Shown piece by piece: positions 59,028-64,000 of a stretch of DNA of 64,000 nucleotides. The position numbers were made by a program, and so were the translations under genes. The notes below the pieces were generated by a model. It made no database searches, was not told the DNA's origin, and worked only from the letters and a program-made list of their open reading frames with translations. The DNA comes from an uncultured Candidatus Peribacteria bacterium (GTDB lineage Bacteria > Patescibacteriota > Gracilibacteria > BD1-5 > JAGOOR01). The stretch's first letter is position 1; each line of letters begins with the position of its first letter. Where the stretch lies: contig CAZJBQ010000003.1 of assembly GCA_964544625.1 (NCBI GenBank), positions 2,658 to 66,657 of the forward strand. Reading direction: 5' to 3'.

Positions 59028-60443
59028 TTATACTTTTTCGACCGCACCATAACTGGTGAAAAATTCTCTGAGTTCTCCGATGATGATGTTATACATAGAC
59101 CTATCTTTTGCTTCGAGGGCGACTTTGAGCAGTGGTTCCGTATTTGATTTTCTCACACAAAACCAGTAGTCAGGAGCTTCGATCCTGATACCATCGAGGG
59201 TGATTTGTTCGTAGGCTTTGTATTTTTCCTTTATAGCGTCGATGATTTCATCTTTTTTTTCTGTTTTGAATTGAAATACTTGTCCTCGTGCGTACGTATT
59301 ATATTCTGCAATCATCGATGTTGCGGTGTCGTAATTTTCGAGGACTTTGAGGAGGTAGTAGAGTCCTGCGAGGGGCATCTCTATAGTTCCGTATTCTTTG
59401 AAGAGCAAGTGTGTTGAGACTTCACCCGCGAGGAGACCGTTTGCTTCGATGACTTCGCGGACAAATGCTTCTCGACCGACACGAGTCATACGGAGCGTCC
59501 CTCCGTATTTTTTGACGACATCACCGACGATACGACCACAGAATACTTCTTGAAAAATTGTTTTTGTACCGAGTCGCTCTGCTGTACCATCAATGAGGAG
59601 CTGTTTCCCAATAATTGAGAGGAGTATATCACCTGTGACGACTGTACCATCAGGTATGACCATGCCAAATCTATCAGCATCACCATCAAATATAAAACCA
59701 AAATCACTCCCATTTTTCTGTATTTCGGCTATGAGTTTTTCATAGCTTGCAAATCGGGAAGTGTCTGTTTCATGAGCAGGAAATGACCCGTCTGGAGTGG
59801 TGAAAATATGGATAGCTTTATCGCCAAAAATATCTCGTAAAAATGCTTGCTCAAAATGTGTGGCAGCCCCATGACTGTAATCAATGGTTATTTTTGGTAT
59901 TTTTTTGAGTGTCTGAAATTTTGTTTTCAAATCAGTCATAAGAGATGCGATACGTGTATCTGAATATAGCTTTATTTCAGGCATTGTATCTCCTTCGATA
60001 ATATCATGCTCGTGAGCTTCGAACATGCTCCGTAAATCATGTGATTTGATAGAGAGGCATTTGTTATCAACGATTTTGATACCGACGTACTCAGATGGGT
60101 TGTGTGATGCGGTGAAGATACAGGCACAATCAAAAGTATCAATCGCAGCGTAGTAGGCCATTGGAGTAGAACATACACCATAGGTATATCCTGTGATGGA
60201 TGGGTCTTGACCAATCACGGTTACTTCGCTCACCCCAGCAGTTTTCATGCCACGGAGAAACTCATCGATAAAGAGCATATTTGCTTCACGGACATCTGAA
60301 CTAATCAGAATTTTTGGTGTTGTATATTTCTCGATGAGATGGAGTCCAAGAGCGTACCCCATGATGCGACCGAGTTTTTCATCGATTTCTGTCTGCCAGA
60401 CACCACGGATATCGTACGGTTTAAATGCTGAGAGTGAGTACAT
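59028..60443 (-). CDS. Phosphomannomutase/phosphoglucomutase
   Basis: FTASHNPSEYVGIK is the active-site Ser loop, and GFIFDGDADR is the Mg loop. Intact 471-aa ORF with no TGA. Confidence 0.9.
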   Translation of the reverse strand: MYSLSAFKPYDIRGVWQTEIDEKLGRIMGYALGLHLIEKYTTPKILISSDVREANMLFIDEFLRGMKTAGVSEVTVIGQDPSITGYTYGVCSTPMAYYAAIDTFDCACIFTASHNPSEYVGIKIVDNKCLSIKSHDLRSMFEAHEHDIIEGDTMPEIKLYSDTRIASLMTDLKTKFQTLKKIPKITIDYSHGAATHFEQAFLRDIFGDKAIHIFTTPDGSFPAHETDTSRFASYEKLIAEIQKNGSDFGFIFDGDADRFGMVIPDGTVVTGDILLSIIGKQLLIDGTAERLGTKTIFQEVFCGRIVGDVVKKYGGTLRMTRVGREAFVREVIEANGLLAGEVSTHLLFKEYGTIEMPLAGLYYLLKVLENYDTATSMIAEYNTYARGQVFQFKTEKKDEIIDAIKEKYKAYEQITLDGIRIEAPDYWFCVRKSNTEPLLKVALEAKDRSMYNIIIGELREFFTSYGAVEKV

Positions 60444-60461
60444 AGGAGAGTTATTATGAAA

Positions 60462-60695
60462 TTATCGTTTTACATCGAGCTTTATATCGTCCGTCATTTT
60501 CGTCCCATTGAGAAAAATTTCAATATCATTTCTATTTTTGCTGATATTCATCTTTGTCTTGAGTTGTTCTATGAATACTCGCGGTGGTTCTTGTTTGAGT
60601 ATTTGTTTTTCTTGTGTCTCTGCGAAGTATTTACCACAGAGAAAAGCTGCTATGAGAAGTACTGTGACCGCTAGAGATACTCTTAGTTTTTTCAT
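60462..60695 (-). CDS. Small membrane-anchored protein (77 aa)
   Basis: [21 protein letters not shown] looks like a signal peptide or anchor. Its ATG overlaps the last 13 nt of folD. Confidence 0.5.
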   Translation of the reverse strand: MKKLRVSLAVTVLLIAAFLCGKYFAETQEKQILKQEPPRVFIEQLKTKMNISKNRNDIEIFLNGTKMTDDIKLDVKR

Positions 60696-61525
60696 TGGAG
60701 AGAATGAGCGAGGAGTACATTTGAGAGCAGCATGGCTATAGTCATAGGCCCTACACCACCAGGTACTGGTGTTATATCAGCTATTTCTGCGATTGACTCT
60801 GTGTCACAATCACCGAAAAGTTTTCGTCCTTCGTTATTTTCTTCTACATTGATACCGACATCAATCACGAGAGATCATGGTGCTATCATATCAGCTGTTA
60901 TGAGATGTTTTTTGCCCACCGCTGAGATCACGATATCCGCATTTTTTGTATGGACCGAGAGTTCTTTTGTCCGGCTATGACATATGGTGACCGTTGCGCC
61001 AGCGTGGAGTAGGAGCATCGCGAGAGGTTTCCCAACGATAGTGCTTTTACCGATGACAACGACATTTTTCCTTTCGAGGGTTCTGTGTTTTTTTATTATT
61101 TCTATAATCCCTTTCGGAGTTCCTGGTATGAGTCCAGATTCGTCTCCGCTGTAGAGTTTGGCTATGTTTGTTGCAGAGAATCCATCGACATCTTTGTCTG
61201 GATGGATAGCGTTAAATATTTTTTGGGCATCGATATGGACGGGGAGAGGGGATTGCACGAGTATTCCATCAACTCCTGCATCGTTGTTGAGCTCGTGAAT
61301 TGTTTTGAGGAGTTCTTGCTCAGATATTTGTTCCGAGAGTCCCAAGAGTATTCATTTGATGCCGACACTTTCACAGGTTTTGATTTTATTTTTTACGTAT
61401 ACCTCACTTGCACTGTTATTTCCGACTATGATAATCGTGAGTAATGGCTGTGTTTTTTTCTCTCATACTTGTTTTCGTATTTCATCTGTTATAGCCTCAG
61501 TGATGTCTCGTGTATTGAGTATCAT
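60683..61525 (-). CDS. folD: Bifunctional methylene-THF dehydrogenase/methenyl-THF cyclohydrolase
   Basis: [46 protein letters not shown] and [10 protein letters not shown]. Five in-frame TGA. 280 aa. Confidence 0.9.
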
Positions 61526-61526
61526 G

Positions 61527-61814
61527 TTATTGGAGTAATTGAGCGAGAGAGGGCACTCATAATCCTATGAGTACATCGATGATGAGGAGGAGTATGAGTG
61601 GTGCGAGATCGAGCATACCTATAGTTGTCGGGAGAGTTTTCCTGACAAAATCATAGAGAGGTCGCGTGATACTATTGAGTGGCCCTATGACTATATGGAG
61701 GCCAAAGAGTGTGAGCCATCCAAGTATGACGTCGATGATGATGCACCAATAAATAGTACGGAGAAAAAATGATATTCCCGCGAGGAGATAGAGTCAGACA
61801 AGAGAAAGAATCAT
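61527..61814 (-). CDS. YggT (YlmG/Ycf19) family membrane protein
   Basis: ITRPLYDFVRKTLPTTIGMLDLAPLILLLIIDVL matches the YggT signature. 95 aa with two in-frame TGA. No track ORF. Confidence 0.7.
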
Positions 61815-61861
61815 AGCCAATGAAATCCCACCATTACGAAGTATATTTCTGAACTGTTCGA

Positions 61862-62176
61862 TTAAGCGAGATGTTTGCTGAGGAGTCCGACGAGACTTTC
61901 TTTATCAGAGAGCCCGACCGTCTTGTCGACGAGTTGGCCGTCTTTGAAGATGAGGATAGTTGGGATACTCATCACGCCGAATTGTTGTGCGATATCACCA
62001 GAAGCATCGACATCGAGCTTGGTAATATTTGCTTTGCCCTCATATTCATGAGCGAGCTCTTCGACGATAGGAGCGATACGTTGGCAAGGGCCACACCAGT
62101 CAGCATACATGTCGACGAGAGTTACGCCAGAGGCGATAGTAGATGTGAAATCAGCAGAAGTAAGTACGCGTGTCAT
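61862..62176 (-). CDS. trxA: Thioredoxin
   Basis: WCGPC active site in an intact 104-aa ORF. Confidence 0.95.
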   Translation of the reverse strand: MTRVLTSADFTSTIASGVTLVDMYADWCGPCQRIAPIVEELAHEYEGKANITKLDVDASGDIAQQFGVMSIPTILIFKDGQLVDKTVGLSDKESLVGLLSKHLA

Positions 62177-62349
62177 AAAAGAAAAATAATGAAATAAATC
62201 TATATTTCAGTATAGGTGTTTTTTTCTCATTGCAAATTTTTAGCACGTAATTTGTTTAGGTGCTAGTTTTAATAATAAAATATTTGTTTGACATAATACT
62301 TTTATTACATAAAATAATTTTGTTTTAAATTAATTTATTATAAAAATTT

Positions 62350-62577
62350 ATGACAAGTACACTTCCAGAATCACATCCAGAAATCTATAGCCATGCTGGT
62401 GCTCATTGAGGTATTCTCAAGCATGTTCCTGAGCATGTTTACCGTGCAATGTGAGAGTATGCACCTACCGCTAAAAAAGAAGATGGTACTTTTAAGTTAG
62501 TCAATCCTCGTTGAGACGGTGTTGCTGGCCCAGATATTTCATCACCTCCGCCAAACGCTGACCAGTATGCATCCTAA
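62350..62577 (+). CDS. Hypothetical small protein (75 aa)
   Basis: ATG at 62350 and TAA at 62575-62577, three in-frame TGA. Sits between the trxA upstream region and pyrG. Confidence 0.35.
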
Positions 62578-62627
62578 TTTTTCTTTGATTTTTTAGAAAA
62601 ATCGATACTCTCTGTCAATAACACTGT

Positions 62628-64000
62628 ATGAAAATAATTTTTGTGACGGGGGGTATCATTTCTGGTTTAGGGAAAGGTGTGACGGCCTCATCGATAGGTC
62701 GTCTTTTAAAATCTTCTGGATACAGTGTCACGATGATGAAGATTGACCCATATCTTCAGGTCGATGCGGGGACGATGTCACCCTATGAACATGGCGAGGT
62801 ATTCGTCACTGAAGACGGTGCCGAGACTGATCTCGATATCGGTAACTATGAGAGATTTGTTGATATAGCTCTCGATAAAGGCTCGAATCCAACAACAGGT
62901 AAAATCTATCTCTCTGTGATTGAAAAAGAACGAAGAGGAGATTATCTCGGGAAAACTGTGCAGGTTATCCCACACATCTCTGATGAGATCAAGAGTCGTA
63001 TCCTCGCTCAGGCGGCAAAAGCCGATATATGTATCGTCGAAGTAGGAGGTCTCGTCGGTGATGCTGAGAGCCCTGTTTTTATCGAATCAATCCGTCAAAT
63101 CCGCAAAGATATTGGTCGAGAAAATGTCTGTTATGTTCATGTCGTTCCACTGCTGTACATCGATGTCTCTGGAGAATTCAAAACCAAGGCCATCCAGCTC
63201 TCGAGTAGACAACTCCGTGAGTCAGGCATCCAGGCAGATATCCTCGTTACTCGATGTCCAAAATCGATGCCAGAGGAACTCCGTGCGAAAATATCAATGT
63301 TTACTGATGTTGAAGAAAAAAACATCATAGAAGCAGTGGATGCACGAACTATTTATGAAGTGCCACTCTTATTCCAGAAACAGGGCCTCAAGGAAATCAT
63401 CGAAGATACACTTCACCTCGAGCATCGAAAGACAGACCTGAGTGAATGGGAAAAATTAGTCGACAATATCGTTTCTCCAACAAAAGAAATCCATATCGCA
63501 ATTGTCGGTAAATATGCAGAACTCGAAGACGCATACATGAGTGTCCGTGAGGCTCTCGTCCATGCTGGTGCGAAATATGCGACCAAGGTAAGGCGTCACT
63601 GGATCAACGCAGAAGATATCGAAGAAAATCCAGAACTCCTCGCAGAGCTCCGAAAAAATGGTCAACTCGATGGTATGATTGTGCCAGGCGGGTTTGGTTC
63701 ACGTGGTATCGAGGGCAAAGTCACAGCTATCAAATATGCTCGCGAAAACAATATTCCGTTCCTCGGTATCTGTCTCGGACTCCAATTATCCGTGGTAGAA
63801 TTTGCTCGTAACGTCTGTGGCGTTGCGGATGCGACATCGACAGAGTTTGAAAAACCAGGAACACCATTTATCGATTATCTCCCAGACCAAAACGATACTA
63901 TCAATAAAGGGGGGACACTTCGTCTGGGAACACAAGAAGCACAGGTTATCGAAGGCTCTCTTATTCACAAACTCTATGGTTCGACGACTATTAGCGATCG
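62628..64000 (+). CDS. pyrG: CTP synthase; 3' end runs off the right window edge
   Basis: MKIIFVTGGIISGLGKGVTASSIGRLLK...KIDPYLQVDAGTMSPYEHGEVFVTEDGAETDLDIGNYERF...TVQVIPHI is the canonical PyrG N-terminus. The frame is open to the window end. Confidence 0.9.
   Translation, partial: MKIIFVTGGIISGLGKGVTASSIGRLLKSSGYSVTMMKIDPYLQVDAGTMSPYEHGEVFVTEDGAETDLDIGNYERFVDIALDKGSNPTTGKIYLSVIEKERRGDYLGKTVQVIPHISDEIKSRILAQAAKADICIVEVGGLVGDAESPVFIESIRQIRKDIGRENVCYVHVVPLLYIDVSGEFKTKAIQLSSRQLRESGIQADILVTRCPKSMPEELRAKISMFTDVEEKNIIEAVDARTIYEVPLLFQKQGLKEIIEDTLHLEHRKTDLSEWEKLVDNIVSPTKEIHIAIVGKYAELEDAYMSVREALVHAGAKYATKVRRHWINAEDIEENPELLAELRKNGQLDGMIVPGGFGSRGIEGKVTAIKYARENNIPFLGICLGLQLSVVEFARNVCGVADATSTEFEKPGTPFIDYLPDQNDTINKGGTLRLGTQEAQVIEGSLIHKLYGSTTISD

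Noticed and set aside
58668-59147. A 159-aa plus-strand ORF spanning the PGM/TraB-like junction.
   Set aside because: It crosses two well-supported minus-strand genes and has no motif of its own.
62288-62315. Sigma70-like hexamers TTGACA-N16-TAAAAT upstream of the 62350 ORF.
   Set aside because: The spacer is so AT-rich that such matches are expected by chance. I have no independent support.
1-64000. Other explanations for the in-frame TGAs: code 4 (Trp), selenocysteine, or widespread pseudogenisation.
   Set aside because: The TGAs align with conserved Gly, not Trp or Cys/Sec, in the Walker A, Nudix box, Mfd, MtnN and MTase motifs. They are too dense for Sec. The reading frames stay intact with no TAA or TAG.
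1-64000. Search for CRISPR arrays, rRNA genes, transposases, integrases and prophage structural genes.
   Set aside because: I found no regularly spaced direct repeats and no rRNA-like conserved stretches. No product showed a DDE or tyrosine/serine recombinase motif in either strand's table-25 reading.

Overview
This 64-kb window looks like a Patescibacteria (CPR) genome of the Gracilibacteria/Absconditabacteria type that reads UGA as glycine (translation table 25). The supplied six-frame track uses the standard code, so it splits most genes into pieces. Reading TGA as a sense codon and joining same-frame fragments gives about 62 tightly packed protein genes, one tRNA-Lys(UUU), and no rRNA, CRISPR array, transposase or integrase. 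Housekeeping genes I recognise are luxS, mtnN, apt, rnj, argS, idi, mfd, pepF, folD, trxA, pyrG, a PBP2/FtsI-type transpeptidase, an S41 protease, a sortase, an M23 peptidase, PMM/PGM and CorA, plus many secreted Cys-rich or unassignable proteins. Accessory or unusual content: (1) an AT-rich single-gene island at 26959-29214 encoding an Mrr-like nuclease fused to a STAND-type P-loop NTPase, a candidate anti-phage gene; (2) an AT-rich type II restriction-modification pair at 45576-47304; (3) a three-copy structured intergenic repeat with compensatory stem changes; (4) a 1500-aa ORF rebuilt from eight track fragments, in an operon with two other unknown genes; (5) a tRNA-Lys followed by a degenerate copy of its own 3' end; (6) degenerate or truncated PriA and Mfd. 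All calls come from reading the sequence and remembered family motifs. No searches were run.
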